Source: a virus (lineage: Duplodnaviria > Caudoviricetes). Taken from it: DNA of 64,000 bases. The DNA lies in the IMG/VR virus record IMGVR_UViG_3300020577_014021, one strand, 5' to 3'. A model generated the notes under the pieces. That model ran no database searches. It was not told the origin of the DNA and was given only the letters and a program-made list of their open reading frames with translations. This document shows, in pieces, positions 30,081 to 40,887 of the stretch. Within the stretch, counting starts at the first letter, position 1; every line of letters starts with the position of its first letter. The position numbers and the translations under genes are program-made.

Positions 30081-32491
30081 TATGGCCCCTTCATCTGGCC
30101 AGAAGTAGGCATGGTCAACGGCTTAAATGAAGGTCTATTTGGTAAATATTCATTGACTTTATCTAAAATAGTTTCTGGAACAGTTTTTTCATCTGGTGTA
30201 TTATAACCTTCAGGGCTATTAGGAGTACGATATCCTTGTCTACGTTCCATAGCTTCAGTATTTTCCCGAATAGCTGCTTCTAATTTACCCATAGAAACAA
30301 CTAAAGGTGCTCCTTCATCAAATAAAGATTGTCCACCTTTCTTGGTCCAATCTGATTCTGCTGTCATCTGTTCACTTTTAGCTTTATCAATCATGGTAGA
30401 AAATTCTTTTTTACCACGTAATGTTTCTCTTTGTGCTTCTACAGCAGTAGTAAATTTTACATCACCATAAGCTTGCAAACCAGCAACAGAATTATCAATC
30501 TTTCTACCTTGATCTAAACTTAAGCCCTGACCGCCAAATTGATTGATAAATTTTTCTGCTTCATTATAAGGAACACCTTTTGACACTTGATAACTTAAAA
30601 TTAATTTATCTCTAATACCCTGTGAACGGGCTTTTTCTTCAGCAGAAGCCCCTTTGCCTAATCCAGCTTGATATCTTTTCAAACCCTCAGTAGTAGAAAT
30701 TTCATCAGCATTGCTAATACCTTCCATCTGTTTAGCAACACCAAGATTTTTATATAATTCAATATTATTTAAACCAGTTGTTAATTTACTTTTATCACCC
30801 TCTGCTGCTGCAGCTAATTCTCTCATCAAAGAAGGATTATTAGTCACTTCCTCAATACTTTTTGCAGAAGTAATAGCCATCAATGCAGCGGAAGGTAATT
30901 TTCCTACATCAATACCAGCATTCTTTAATCCTTCTTGGACACTTAAGCTTTGAATGGCCATGCCCATGGCATTATTTGCACCACCACGCATAGACCTAAA
31001 TTGGCTCAAAGCATTTTGAGATTCTAAAATATCCTGACGACCAATTTGAGATGCACTCATACTTCCCAAAGAAGTACGCAAATCTCTCATGATGCTATCT
31101 AAATTATCAATTCTGGCTGTACCACCTTCGGCTAAATTTTCAGCTACAGAAACTAAATCCTTAACTAAGGATTTTTCAATACCTGTCTGAACACCACGAG
31201 TCATGGCTTGTTCAAACATTTTCATAATGTTTTGTTGATTATTAACAATACCACCCATACGACGGGCCATATCGGCAGTTTCACCTGGAGAAGACAAACC
31301 TGCGCGTTCCATGAGTGCCATTGGACCTAAATTACTACGTTCTGATCCAATTAAACCAGCACCACTGTTCATCTGTAATAAAGAAGCTGTTTCTGGAATA
31401 GAATAACCATATTTCCATCCAGTAGAAATAGCGCCAGATAATCTTTTAGATAAAGCTCCTGCTTTATCATATCCAGTAATAGCCTGTGCACCAGCTAACT
31501 TTGCTGGTGCTAGACCAATACGTTCATTAGCTAGATCAATAGCAAAAGCATATTTTGAACGTAAATTTTCCAACTCTTCAGAAGTTAAATTGCTTTTTTC
31601 AGCAGTAATAGCTGATTTTCTCAAAGCTGGATCTAATAAATCTTTATTATTACCAATAGCAGTTATTACCCCGCTAGCTCCACCTAAAAGTGCGCCTCCT
31701 GTTGTACCAATACCAGGTGCCAAAACGGTACCACCTACTGCACCAGCTAAACTATGCTCTCCTACCGTTTTTAAAGCATCACCTGCGCGCGCAATCCAAC
31801 CACCCTTTTGCATTTTTTCTGTACTATTAAAGGCACGATTCAAACTACCTGTGGCTGCTAAAACACCATAATCTAAGTTCTTGCTAAACATCATGTTTGC
31901 AAGCTTATTGGGGGCGTTTTGTCCTTGCGCTTCATATGATATACGACGATAATCAGCACCAGAAACATGAGTAACAGCTTCTTTTACAATAGCCCCTACC
32001 ATACGAATAATGCCAGCTGTTTTTAAAACTGATTCAGTATTACGATCATCAACAACTTTCTGAAGCTTTCTTCTTTGATCAACATTTTCATTAATATCGC
32101 CCATTAAGGAACGAGTATTTGCAGCATGTTGATCTCTTTTTTGGATTAAAATTTCTTTTTGTTTAGCGTCTGTAGTTTTAGCAATAGCCGCAGCTAAAGC
32201 TTCTTGTTCCGAAACAGCATCTTTTAAAAGCTTTGTCTGTTCTTTTAAGGAATTGTTTAGACTTTTTAACTGATCATTAGCTTCTCTTTTTGACAACTTA
32301 TCAAAAAATCTACTAGCGTCCTTATCCAAATTCTTTAAAATATTTGTGGTTTTTTTAAATTCATCATTCATCTTCCCAAAAGAAGTTTTTTCTACTTTGG
32401 AAAGAGACTTAGAAATTTCATTTAAAGATTTTTGCGCCTGACTTGTATCGAAATTTATTAGGCCTTTAATTGTAATATTTTTATCTGCCAT
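30080..32491 (-). CDS. Tail tape measure protein
   Basis: 803 aa helical A/G/S-rich with coiled-coil N-terminus; follows chaperone pair. Confidence 0.75.
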   Translation of the reverse strand: MADKNITIKGLINFDTSQAQKSLNEISKSLSKVEKTSFGKMNDEFKKTTNILKNLDKDASRFFDKLSKREANDQLKSLNNSLKEQTKLLKDAVSEQEALAAAIAKTTDAKQKEILIQKRDQHAANTRSLMGDINENVDQRRKLQKVVDDRNTESVLKTAGIIRMVGAIVKEAVTHVSGADYRRISYEAQGQNAPNKLANMMFSKNLDYGVLAATGSLNRAFNSTEKMQKGGWIARAGDALKTVGEHSLAGAVGGTVLAPGIGTTGGALLGGASGVITAIGNNKDLLDPALRKSAITAEKSNLTSEELENLRSKYAFAIDLANERIGLAPAKLAGAQAITGYDKAGALSKRLSGAISTGWKYGYSIPETASLLQMNSGAGLIGSERSNLGPMALMERAGLSSPGETADMARRMGGIVNNQQNIMKMFEQAMTRGVQTGIEKSLVKDLVSVAENLAEGGTARIDNLDSIMRDLRTSLGSMSASQIGRQDILESQNALSQFRSMRGGANNAMGMAIQSLSVQEGLKNAGIDVGKLPSAALMAITSAKSIEEVTNNPSLMRELAAAAEGDKSKLTTGLNNIELYKNLGVAKQMEGISNADEISTTEGLKRYQAGLGKGASAEEKARSQGIRDKLILSYQVSKGVPYNEAEKFINQFGGQGLSLDQGRKIDNSVAGLQAYGDVKFTTAVEAQRETLRGKKEFSTMIDKAKSEQMTAESDWTKKGGQSLFDEGAPLVVSMGKLEAAIRENTEAMERRQGYRTPNSPEGYNTPDEKTVPETILDKVNEYLPNRPSFKPLTMPTSGQMKGP

Positions 32492-32500
32492 TATTTGTCC

Positions 32501-32905
32501 TTAAAATTTCAATTCAATATCAGGTGGAGATGGTTGTTTTGGTTTTTTATTTTGTTCGTCTAATCTTTTTTGTTCTTTCTGAAGTTCCTCATATTCTAAT
32601 TGATTGAACCATTCCTCATCTTCTTTTTCCATATCGTGATTGACATTATTTAAGAGATTATGTTTAGCTTTTTTGATTTGCTCATCTGATAAAGAAAAAT
32701 AATGATGCTCACGCAAATGTAATAATATATATGCTATATTTAATTTTTCTACTTCTGTAATTGGTATATGAAATGTAATTGAAAATTGTCTATATAAATA
32801 TCTCAGATGAGTAGAAAAATCTGGATCGATTCTATTTTTTAAAGCAATTAAATCTGTTTGAGTATATAGCTCTGATATACTTTTAACAAATTCAGAACCC
32901 AACAT
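32501..32905 (-). CDS. Tail assembly chaperone (T-like)
   Basis: Position before tape measure; charged small protein. Confidence 0.5.
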   Translation of the reverse strand: MLGSEFVKSISELYTQTDLIALKNRIDPDFSTHLRYLYRQFSITFHIPITEVEKLNIAYILLHLREHHYFSLSDEQIKKAKHNLLNNVNHDMEKEDEEWFNQLEYEELQKEQKRLDEQNKKPKQPSPPDIELKF

Positions 32906-32906
32906 A

Positions 32907-33302
32907 TTAAACTTTTTCTAAATTATTTTTTGCCTTATCGGCTTCAGAAGCAATATTATCACGCCATTTTTTTGCTTCTTCTTGAATTCGTTGATTTAAC
33001 AACAAAGGAATATTAAAATCATAACAATTTTTTAAATTATCACTTTCAGTAAACCAATTAGGAGAACTAACGACATGTGCTTTTAATTGTGCCAAAAGCA
33101 GAGCTGCTCCATATGACTCAGAATCAATTGTCTCATTTTCTTTTGGATGATTTAACAGTTCTCTTTGTTCATTATTTAATGAAATATATTCCATTAAATT
33201 AAGAGCAGGTTTAATTTGAAAAACACCTTGATAAACAGTGCCAGTCAATTCACCTTTGGCTTCAAATGTAAATTTGATTTTTTCGAAAGGATTAATATTC
33301 AT
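32907..33302 (-). CDS. Tail assembly chaperone (G-like)
   Basis: 'Y.G.F.IK....L...VVSSPNWF' pattern and position. Confidence 0.55.
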   Translation of the reverse strand: MNINPFEKIKFTFEAKGELTGTVYQGVFQIKPALNLMEYISLNNEQRELLNHPKENETIDSESYGAALLLAQLKAHVVSSPNWFTESDNLKNCYDFNIPLLLNQRIQEEAKKWRDNIASEADKAKNNLEKV

Positions 33303-33343
33303 ACTTCATAGTATAAGTACAAATATTATAAATGAGAGGAAAA

Positions 33344-34213
33344 TTAAACACCAAGATTTGGTCTAAATACGAAATTAAAAGCTAAATCAATACCACTAAT
33401 ATCAACGCCACCTGTTTCAGGAATTTGGAATTTAAATCCAAAGGTATCACCAGCATAAACCGGCATACCAGGCGAAGCGCGCGACAATCTAAATCCACCT
33501 TCATCTGCACTGATTGCAGCAACAGCAGATACTGCAACAGGATTGGTACGTCCTTGTTTAATTGCTGTAATCACAGTACTACCAGTGACTGCTGTAACCA
33601 AGTATACGCCAACATTAACCAAGTTTGCAGCACGGAAATTTGTTGACGTTTCTCTAATATAAATCAAATCACCAACATTTGGCAAATTAGCAAATGTCGT
33701 TGTAGCTGTCATGGTAATTGTTTTTGTACTAACAGCAATAGCATAAGTATTAGTGGCAGTTACCAATGGAACATCTTCACTTAAAGCTATTGGAGCAAAA
33801 GAATTATTTTCCATGCCGGTAATTAAACTAACAGGTGTACCAACATATCCATTATGTGTGCTGTAAAACACATAAGGAAAAACCAAATAATTTTGAATTG
33901 CGGTAGTTCCAGCAGTCCAAAGATCAAAACTATCATAACAATATACATTGCCTGAAATCACATAACCATCACATGGCGCTTGAAAAATAGGTAACTCACG
34001 AACTACTAAACCGCCAGCATCAGGAGCAGGCATATTCCCAGTCCATGTAAAATATTTATCACGCAAAGCATTTACCATTCCATCGCCAGAGATCATGTCA
34101 CCTAATTTGATATCATCAGCATATTTTCCAGTAAGTTGCGCATAAGATTTTAACGCTGGTTGAGAATCAGCATAAGCATTTAAAGTTTGTTTTTGAAGTA
34201 AAGTCATTGCCAT
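33344..34213 (-). CDS. Virion structural protein
   Basis: Contains the repeated 'PNVGDLIYI...N.GVY.VTAV' module shared with sheath and baseplate proteins. Confidence 0.55.
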   Translation of the reverse strand: MAMTLLQKQTLNAYADSQPALKSYAQLTGKYADDIKLGDMISGDGMVNALRDKYFTWTGNMPAPDAGGLVVRELPIFQAPCDGYVISGNVYCYDSFDLWTAGTTAIQNYLVFPYVFYSTHNGYVGTPVSLITGMENNSFAPIALSEDVPLVTATNTYAIAVSTKTITMTATTTFANLPNVGDLIYIRETSTNFRAANLVNVGVYLVTAVTGSTVITAIKQGRTNPVAVSAVAAISADEGGFRLSRASPGMPVYAGDTFGFKFQIPETGGVDISGIDLAFNFVFRPNLGV

Positions 34214-34251
34214 ATGAAAAAGCTCCTATTAAGTGTATTAGTACCAATAGA

Positions 34252-34686
34252 TTAAGTTTGTGCTTTAGTTTCTTCTTTTTTCTTAAAATTCATATAATCA
34301 ACAATTTTTTGCCAATAATCTAATCCTGTTATGTAATACAAATTTTCTAGATTAGATTTTAGCTCTGTCACAGCAATCAACCCAGCAATTAATCTTACAA
34401 CAGGCACACCAAGCTGAAATACTGTTTCAACCGTATAACTTAACACAACAGCAATTTCGTAAGCTAAAATTTTATTGATTGTTTTCCTGAGTCCAACTGA
34501 TGTGACTTTTTCTTGTTTCTTAATAACTACCCATAAAGCTGTTATAAGATCTGTAACCGCCAAAAACATAATAGCAGTCATCACAGCACGTACAGGGCTA
34601 ATAAAAACAATAAGCCAACCAAACAATTGACTCATGGCAAGAAAAAAATCTTCATATTTGATTGTATGAAACAAATTCTTAACCAT
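34252..34686 (-). CDS. Phage holin
   Basis: Several TM segments; 'TS.GLRKTI.K...Y', 'ELKSNLENL' holin-4-like motifs; start chosen at MVKNL. Confidence 0.75.
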   Translation of the reverse strand: MVKNLFHTIKYEDFFLAMSQLFGWLIVFISPVRAVMTAIMFLAVTDLITALWVVIKKQEKVTSVGLRKTINKILAYEIAVVLSYTVETVFQLGVPVVRLIAGLIAVTELKSNLENLYYITGLDYWQKIVDYMNFKKKEETKAQT

Positions 34687-34705
34687 GATATTATTCTCCA
34701 CGTAA

Positions 34706-35452
34706 TTATGTTGCAGTAGCGTTGATTGTTCCACCGGTAGGGGCTCCCACAAGATAAAAAACACCAATCACTGCAGCACTATCCATTTTCAAACCATTTG
34801 TTGCAAAATCCAATACAAAAGAAGAATAAGAAGGCAGTTCCCATTTCTGTACCCCCTTATAAGTAATACCAACATTTGCATCTAAATTATTTATTACTTG
34901 TAGTATTGATCTATCAGCATTAAGCGTTAAAATGGTATTTGCTGTACCTGCTGAGGTTCCAGTCACAGCACCAAAAGCCAAAGAAGCAAACTGTGGATCA
35001 ATTGATACTAAACTTGTAACTGGCGTAGGAACAATAGTAATATTATTGGAAAAATTTCCTTGAGGGTCAACATTCATAACCCTAAAAGCTGCTACTGGTG
35101 CTGTTTCATAAGCACCTAAGGCAACATTGACTTTTTCTGGAAAATCCCTTGTTACCATTATTGTTTTAATAGCAGCTGCATTTGCTGTGGTATAAGCAGA
35201 ACAATTTTGCGTTACATATCCACTTTGATTAGTGATAGGCCATGGGCCAACAGAAAACTGTGTAGTAGACAATACTTCTAAAACTTGTAAAAACAATTTT
35301 GGAGTTGTCGTATTATCACTTAAAGTAAGTGGCTGCCCAACATGTAAACCATTAGTGCTAGCAACAGTCAAAACACCATTTGACCCACCATTAGCAGTTA
35401 AGGTTTTTGCAACTTCAGGATAAATCATTGTATCTCTAATCAAAGAACCCAT
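34706..35452 (-). CDS. Virion structural protein
   Basis: T/V/G-rich beta protein downstream of tube; 'TVASTNGLHVGQ' motif. Confidence 0.5.
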   Translation of the reverse strand: MGSLIRDTMIYPEVAKTLTANGGSNGVLTVASTNGLHVGQPLTLSDNTTTPKLFLQVLEVLSTTQFSVGPWPITNQSGYVTQNCSAYTTANAAAIKTIMVTRDFPEKVNVALGAYETAPVAAFRVMNVDPQGNFSNNITIVPTPVTSLVSIDPQFASLAFGAVTGTSAGTANTILTLNADRSILQVINNLDANVGITYKGVQKWELPSYSSFVLDFATNGLKMDSAAVIGVFYLVGAPTGGTINATAT

Positions 35453-35491
35453 ATGTAGTGCCTAATTCCTTTTGTTAATAGTTATTGAAGA

Positions 35492-35980
35492 TTACTGAAA
35501 TTTAGCTGGATCGCCTGGATCATCAAACAAAACACCCTCTTCAATAGCCTCATCCTGCATAATTATACCCAAGAACGTCGCAGTATAACTATTCGTAGCT
35601 TTGGCACTCATGTCACTAGATAAGCCAGTATTACGACAACGAGTAACACGCATGACAACTTTTTTGGTCTCACGATCTTCAACGTGAATATCGAATTCTA
35701 CGTTTTTAAATAATTCACCAGGAGGTGTAGCAATAGATTTACCGTTTTCTTTATGATATGGGCCTTTGCCAATTACCTTAAAACCAGTAAGTGTTAAAGA
35801 CACGGCTTCATAAGAAGTCAGCACAATTTCTTGTGCTTCAAAACGACCCAATGTATGAATAGCCTCAGCACCATGACTAACAGTAAAACTGATATTTGAT
35901 GCCACTCCAACTAATCTATTGGCCACGTACACTTTAGCACGTGCACCTTGCATTGTTTCTGCAATACCATTAACAGCCAT
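35492..35980 (-). CDS. Tail tube protein
   Basis: Directly after sheath; resembles SPO1/K-type tube (V.....VG.A.......G...I..LG....QE.V...YE). Confidence 0.8.
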   Translation of the reverse strand: MAVNGIAETMQGARAKVYVANRLVGVASNISFTVSHGAEAIHTLGRFEAQEIVLTSYEAVSLTLTGFKVIGKGPYHKENGKSIATPPGELFKNVEFDIHVEDRETKKVVMRVTRCRNTGLSSDMSAKATNSYTATFLGIIMQDEAIEEGVLFDDPGDPAKFQ

Positions 35981-36005
35981 GTGATTTATCCTCTTCTAAA
36001 AAAAA

Positions 36006-38873
36006 TTAAGCAGTTTGAGTCACTTGTGAAACGTTCAAGGTAATCGGCACGAAGTTAATTGCATTGGTAATGTACACATTGACATTAACCTTCATCACAG
36101 GTCCAACAATCTGGATGGACGCTGAATCAAACCCGGCCGGTGCACCGTCACTTTGTGTAATCAGTTTATTCTGTAAATACTGATCCATCTTTGCTTTTAG
36201 GAAAACCAAAGCATTTGCCGCAGACAAATCAGAAATAGCCTGACCAACCGCAAAGTTATCAAATGACCGCAAAAGATCCAAAGCCATAAAATCAGCAGTG
36301 TACATAACTTGTAGACTGTTGAAGACAAAGTTATTGTCTTTACCGTAGGTAGTTTGATCACTGACCCAACGGAAACCACCAGTGGGTGGGTTTTCTAAAA
36401 CCAACAGACCAGACAACAAAGCATCTTCAAGCTGCCCATTGTTTCTTGGATTGAAATCATTAAATGGAGTCACTACACCTGAAACGTTGGCATATTTATG
36501 CTCAATTGATTTATACAAACCAATTGATTGCATGGAAGCCGCAATGACAGCGCCATACCAAGGTTGAAATTGTACAATGTTTCCGCTAATACTCACAGCT
36601 TTGATGTCTTGGAAAGTCAAAGCCACCCTAGCTGAAGCTAAATTCTGCGCTTGAGTTTTAACATTAGTAAACGTATTTCGATAAGAAACAACAGCCAATC
36701 TATTCTTTCTCATCTTGATTTGAGACATTGCTAAAACATGACTCTTTGTATATGCATTGATTGCATCAATGGTATACGTAGAAGTCGGATCCGTTAAACC
36801 AGCAGCAATATCCAAAGTGGCATCACGACTAAACAAAGGAACCACAAAATTACAATCAATGTCAGCTAATTTATCAATAGCTGCAATAACAGATGCTCCA
36901 GTGGTACCACCCTTAGCGCCACCACTGAAAAACACAGGTAAAATAGTCGATTCTGGCAAACCAGCTACTGCAGTACTAGCAAACAAAACATTGGGAGATA
37001 AAGCTAATTTAGACTTAAAGTCATATAAATCTTTTTTAAGTTTCAAAGGAAATGCTGTACCAGCAGTCGAAGTAGCAAAATTAAATGTGCCTTGGTCTAA
37101 GATGGTGGGTGACAATTGACCCACTGCAGTCGTACCAACTGCAGCCATATAACCAGTTTGAGAATTAATGTAACCAACCAAATCAGACAATGTTGGATAA
37201 CTTGAGAAATTCAAAGTTAAATTAGCACCAGAACCACCAGTGACAGTAGTCGTTAAAGAAGTTCCAGTTACAACTACCGAAGCTGTTGTGCCAATATAAG
37301 ATAACTTAAGAGCAATCACACCACCAATAGCTGTGTAAGATTCTTGCAAATTATCATTAGAACGACTAATTAAGAAATTGGTTTGATAATCTACACCTTC
37401 TACAATATAGGGTATACCTGCTGTTGAAATCCAAGTAGCTGCAGTAGTAGTAGCCAAGTTATAAAAAACTTGATTAATATTTCTGCCGCCACCACCATCA
37501 GTTACTTCAAAGCCAAGTCTAATACCATCAATCCATGGTCTAAAAACCTGAGCATCATTATTTGGCGTAGCACTGAAGGTTGTAGCCGCAACGTTTGCGG
37601 GTGTACCATTTGAAACACGTGCAGCAACAAAATAAGCGCTACTCGTTACATTATTAACTGTGGTAATCGTATAATACCCAACGTTGGCATTACCACCACC
37701 AGCAACTGCAGATCCAAGAGGAATATAAAAAGTATCACCAACTCTAGGTCCATTAGCGCCCTGAGCAAAAGCCGTAGCGCCAGTCAAATTCAACTGTAAA
37801 TTAGAACCTGAGGCTGTAATCGAAACGCCAGCACTTGCAAGTGCAGCAAAAGAACTACGATTTGTTCCGGACTTATCAGTTACAGTCACAGGACTGTAAA
37901 CTTGCATATCGTTAGTAACCGTAGCACTAAATGCAGTAGCAGCCACACTAACAGGTGCAGTAACCGTAGCATTTACATGATCAGCAACCTTAGTTGCTGT
38001 AATAAATGCAGAAGAAGTTGTATTCGAAACTGCTGTAACGACATACGTACCTAAGTTTGCATTACCTGCACCAGCAAAAGCTGAATTAGCACTAGCACCA
38101 TACAAAGTATTAGCAGGCAAAATTAACAAATCACCAGGAATAGGTGTTGCAGCAAATACAGAACCAGCAGCTAAAGTAAATGTAACTGAGCTACCAGAAG
38201 CAACAGTCGTTAAATTAATTGTTGCCAAACCAGTAAAAGCACTTCTGTTAATACCACCAGTGGCCAATAAAGAACCATTAGTTAAAGTAGTCACTAAAGT
38301 TGTGGGTGACATATTCGCAGTAACAGTCAATGTCGTAACTGCGCTACCACGTAAACGATAATTAAACAAAGCAGAAGTTGCAGCACTAGGAACAGGAATA
38401 TAAGTAAAACTACCAGTTGTTGGAGCAACTGCAGCAGTATAGACTGTATCTTCCCATTTTAAATTACTGCCATTGGCACCAGCCTTGATAGCTGTTAAAG
38501 TTCCATAGTTAAGACCAATGGTGGGAATAATACTTGTTGCAGCAGTACTAGGATTAGTTTTATATAAATAAATTCTAGTTACGCTACCAGGCAAATTAGG
38601 ATCATTGGCAGGTGCCACTGCAGCCTTAAATGCATCAACTAAAGGCCCAGAAGTATATTTGCTAATTACATCACCCATTTGTGCAGGAGTAAAGTAATTC
38701 AGTGTCAAATCTTCTGTGGTATCACTGGTAGCCAAACCTTCATCTGCTTCACCAATCAAAGCCAAAAATCCAGCTACACCAATACCAGAAGCAGGAGTTT
38801 GTACATTGATTCTGGTATATGCACCAGGTATAATTAATGTACCAAAATCTGTGGATGAGTAAGTTAATGCCAT
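36006..38873 (-). CDS. Contractile tail sheath protein with insertions
   Basis: 'PGAYTRI...LALIGEADEG' N-terminus; C-terminal sheath domain ('GFRWVSDQTTY', 'INFVPITL'). Confidence 0.9.
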   Translation of the reverse strand: MALTYSSTDFGTLIIPGAYTRINVQTPASGIGVAGFLALIGEADEGLATSDTTEDLTLNYFTPAQMGDVISKYTSGPLVDAFKAAVAPANDPNLPGSVTRIYLYKTNPSTAATSIIPTIGLNYGTLTAIKAGANGSNLKWEDTVYTAAVAPTTGSFTYIPVPSAATSALFNYRLRGSAVTTLTVTANMSPTTLVTTLTNGSLLATGGINRSAFTGLATINLTTVASGSSVTFTLAAGSVFAATPIPGDLLILPANTLYGASANSAFAGAGNANLGTYVVTAVSNTTSSAFITATKVADHVNATVTAPVSVAATAFSATVTNDMQVYSPVTVTDKSGTNRSSFAALASAGVSITASGSNLQLNLTGATAFAQGANGPRVGDTFYIPLGSAVAGGGNANVGYYTITTVNNVTSSAYFVAARVSNGTPANVAATTFSATPNNDAQVFRPWIDGIRLGFEVTDGGGGRNINQVFYNLATTTAATWISTAGIPYIVEGVDYQTNFLISRSNDNLQESYTAIGGVIALKLSYIGTTASVVVTGTSLTTTVTGGSGANLTLNFSSYPTLSDLVGYINSQTGYMAAVGTTAVGQLSPTILDQGTFNFATSTAGTAFPLKLKKDLYDFKSKLALSPNVLFASTAVAGLPESTILPVFFSGGAKGGTTGASVIAAIDKLADIDCNFVVPLFSRDATLDIAAGLTDPTSTYTIDAINAYTKSHVLAMSQIKMRKNRLAVVSYRNTFTNVKTQAQNLASARVALTFQDIKAVSISGNIVQFQPWYGAVIAASMQSIGLYKSIEHKYANVSGVVTPFNDFNPRNNGQLEDALLSGLLVLENPPTGGFRWVSDQTTYGKDNNFVFNSLQVMYTADFMALDLLRSFDNFAVGQAISDLSAANALVFLKAKMDQYLQNKLITQSDGAPAGFDSASIQIVGPVMKVNVNVYITNAINFVPITLNVSQVTQTA

Positions 38874-38907
38874 TTATTTAATCCTATAAATAATAAAAAG
38901 ATTAAGT

Positions 38908-39141
38908 TTAAATCCCAAAATGTTTACAACACATTTCCCATTTTGTTGCGTCTTCGAACATCTTCATAGATTTAGCATGCAACACAACAGGTTCTTTCCA
39001 TTTCAAATCAATGTTGTTACGCTTGGCATAATCCATAAAAAATTCATCAAAATTTTTGAAAAAATAAGTAGGTACAACATTTTCTACATTTTGATTAATT
39101 GGTTCTTCTGTCATAATGTCATCTTTTTTCTTAGCAACCAT
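38908..39141 (-). CDS. Hypothetical protein
   Basis: 77-aa ORF with RBS, preceded by the late motif. Confidence 0.5.
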   Translation of the reverse strand: MVAKKKDDIMTEEPINQNVENVVPTYFFKNFDEFFMDYAKRNNIDLKWKEPVVLHAKSMKMFEDATKWEMCCKHFGI

Positions 39142-39168
39142 TTGTGCTTCCTTTATGTATAAATAAGA

Positions 39169-40107
39169 TTAAGTTTTAATTATTGTGGCATAAATTGTCT
39201 TTGTAGGATCATTTACTTGAACTAAATTTATACCAGATGTAATACCTTCAAAAGATTGAGAAAATTCTTGTACCCATCTACTTTGAACAAGAGCTTCCAA
39301 ATTAATACTTTTCAAATAAATAATGTTTCCACCATGAGCATCATCAATTTCCTGAGAAACTCCAGAAGAAGTAATTGTTGTGATTCCAAAGCTGTTTTGT
39401 TCTAACAACATTCTATTTTTCAATAAAACATATAAAGCAATCGTGTGAAGCCAACTAATTGCTGCTGTTTCACCATTTACACGACATTCAATATTAAAAT
39501 TCTCATTAAAATGAGCAATGCGACGAATAACTTTTAATTTATTGAAATGAGGTCTTACATAAGTCTCAGTAAAATCATCGTGTAGATTAGCTTCAATTCT
39601 AAATTGGCTTTCTGATAAAATTTCAGTAATAGGGTATGATGTATTAGATTTTTTACTTACCAAACTTTGTCCTTTAAAAATTAAAGGATACTCAATAAAA
39701 GTATTTGGTAAAGTAACAATACCCGTAGTTAAATCATAAGATACATTGATTGGCCCAACAATATATCTTGGTTCTGTAATAATATTTCTTTCTTCAATAT
39801 ATTCTTCATCTGGCATATCATAATCACCTAATGCCGCCAGAGGTTTACTTTCTGCTGAAGAAGGATGCGTAATTAATATAGATGGATAGCGTGCTTGGTC
39901 AAAAGACCATTCAAAACCAATTTCAATATAGTTCTGTAAAAACCATGTTTTGGCACGTTCAATTTCTTTTTGGCCATATGCTTTTTCTACTAAGGGCAAA
40001 TTGGCATATTCAAAAAGAAAATCTAAATAAAAGGGATATTTCCTCAATTCAGAAATACCTTCTTTTAGAACATTTAAAATTAAAATATCACTTTGAGGTA
40101 TTGACAC
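39169..40107 (-). CDS. Tail terminator/neck protein
   Basis: Position upstream of sheath; 'YPSI.I....E' pattern. Confidence 0.5.
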   Translation of the reverse strand: MSIPQSDILILNVLKEGISELRKYPFYLDFLFEYANLPLVEKAYGQKEIERAKTWFLQNYIEIGFEWSFDQARYPSILITHPSSAESKPLAALGDYDMPDEEYIEERNIITEPRYIVGPINVSYDLTTGIVTLPNTFIEYPLIFKGQSLVSKKSNTSYPITEILSESQFRIEANLHDDFTETYVRPHFNKLKVIRRIAHFNENFNIECRVNGETAAISWLHTIALYVLLKNRMLLEQNSFGITTITSSGVSQEIDDAHGGNIIYLKSINLEALVQSRWVQEFSQSFEGITSGINLVQVNDPTKTIYATIIKT

Positions 40108-40878
40108 TTATACAAGGTTAATTTTCCCTAATTGTTCTGTAACAATTCTTAGATAATTTTCTAATATCCATTGATAAACTTGATCAAAAATCTTGGCACC
40201 TTTTAATTCTGGTACATTCCAACCAGTAGACTGTTTATTTAAAGTCCTAAAAGTCATAATGGTTTTTTGTACTTTGGTGCTTTTTGCAGTTTTTATTTCA
40301 TTTTGATATATAGTTAAATTATTTAAAATACTTTGACCAGTAGCTTTGCTTTTAAATTGGGAAGGCACATTAGTTATAATAGCTGCTGGTGTAATCTTTT
40401 TCACTGTACTGATAACAGGCACACCTTTGGAATTCGTTATAGGTTTAGCCAAACTTATTTTTTCTTGCTTTAAAATTGATTTGATTTCTTTATATATATT
40501 ATATTGCTTATTACTCATTAAGCTTGGAATATTTTTATTATGTTGAAATGGAATAACAACATGATCTTTATTTTTTAGATGAGTCTTTTTCATATTATGA
40601 GCTGCTACGCCTTCTTCAACCCATAATGCTTTTTCTCTTAAAACAATTATATAAGTAGGATTTTTTATATCATTTGATTTTTCTAAAGCTAAATTTTCTA
40701 AATACAAATTTCGAGTAGACCGCAATTTTTCTTGCGCTAAGCGTATAGCTTCACCATAAGCTTGTGTGGCAACTAAATCTAATGCTTGTTTAAAAATATC
40801 ACCAGCATTAGAAATTTTTGCAACTTGTTGTTTAAATTGATCGAAATTTATTTCTAGATTAAAATTATTACCAGCCAT
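40108..40878 (-). CDS. Tail completion/neck protein (basic)
   Basis: 'A.WVEEG....MK', 'TFRT.....GW..P...G' pattern; position. Confidence 0.5.
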   Translation of the reverse strand: MAGNNFNLEINFDQFKQQVAKISNAGDIFKQALDLVATQAYGEAIRLAQEKLRSTRNLYLENLALEKSNDIKNPTYIIVLREKALWVEEGVAAHNMKKTHLKNKDHVVIPFQHNKNIPSLMSNKQYNIYKEIKSILKQEKISLAKPITNSKGVPVISTVKKITPAAIITNVPSQFKSKATGQSILNNLTIYQNEIKTAKSTKVQKTIMTFRTLNKQSTGWNVPELKGAKIFDQVYQWILENYLRIVTEQLGKINLV

Positions 40879-40887
40879 ATACAGCTA

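Noticed and set aside
32890-32940. Programmed -1 frameshift between tail chaperones (A AAA AAT)
   Set aside because: The -1 frame hits TAA immediately, and the downstream ORF is in the +1 frame with its own ATG
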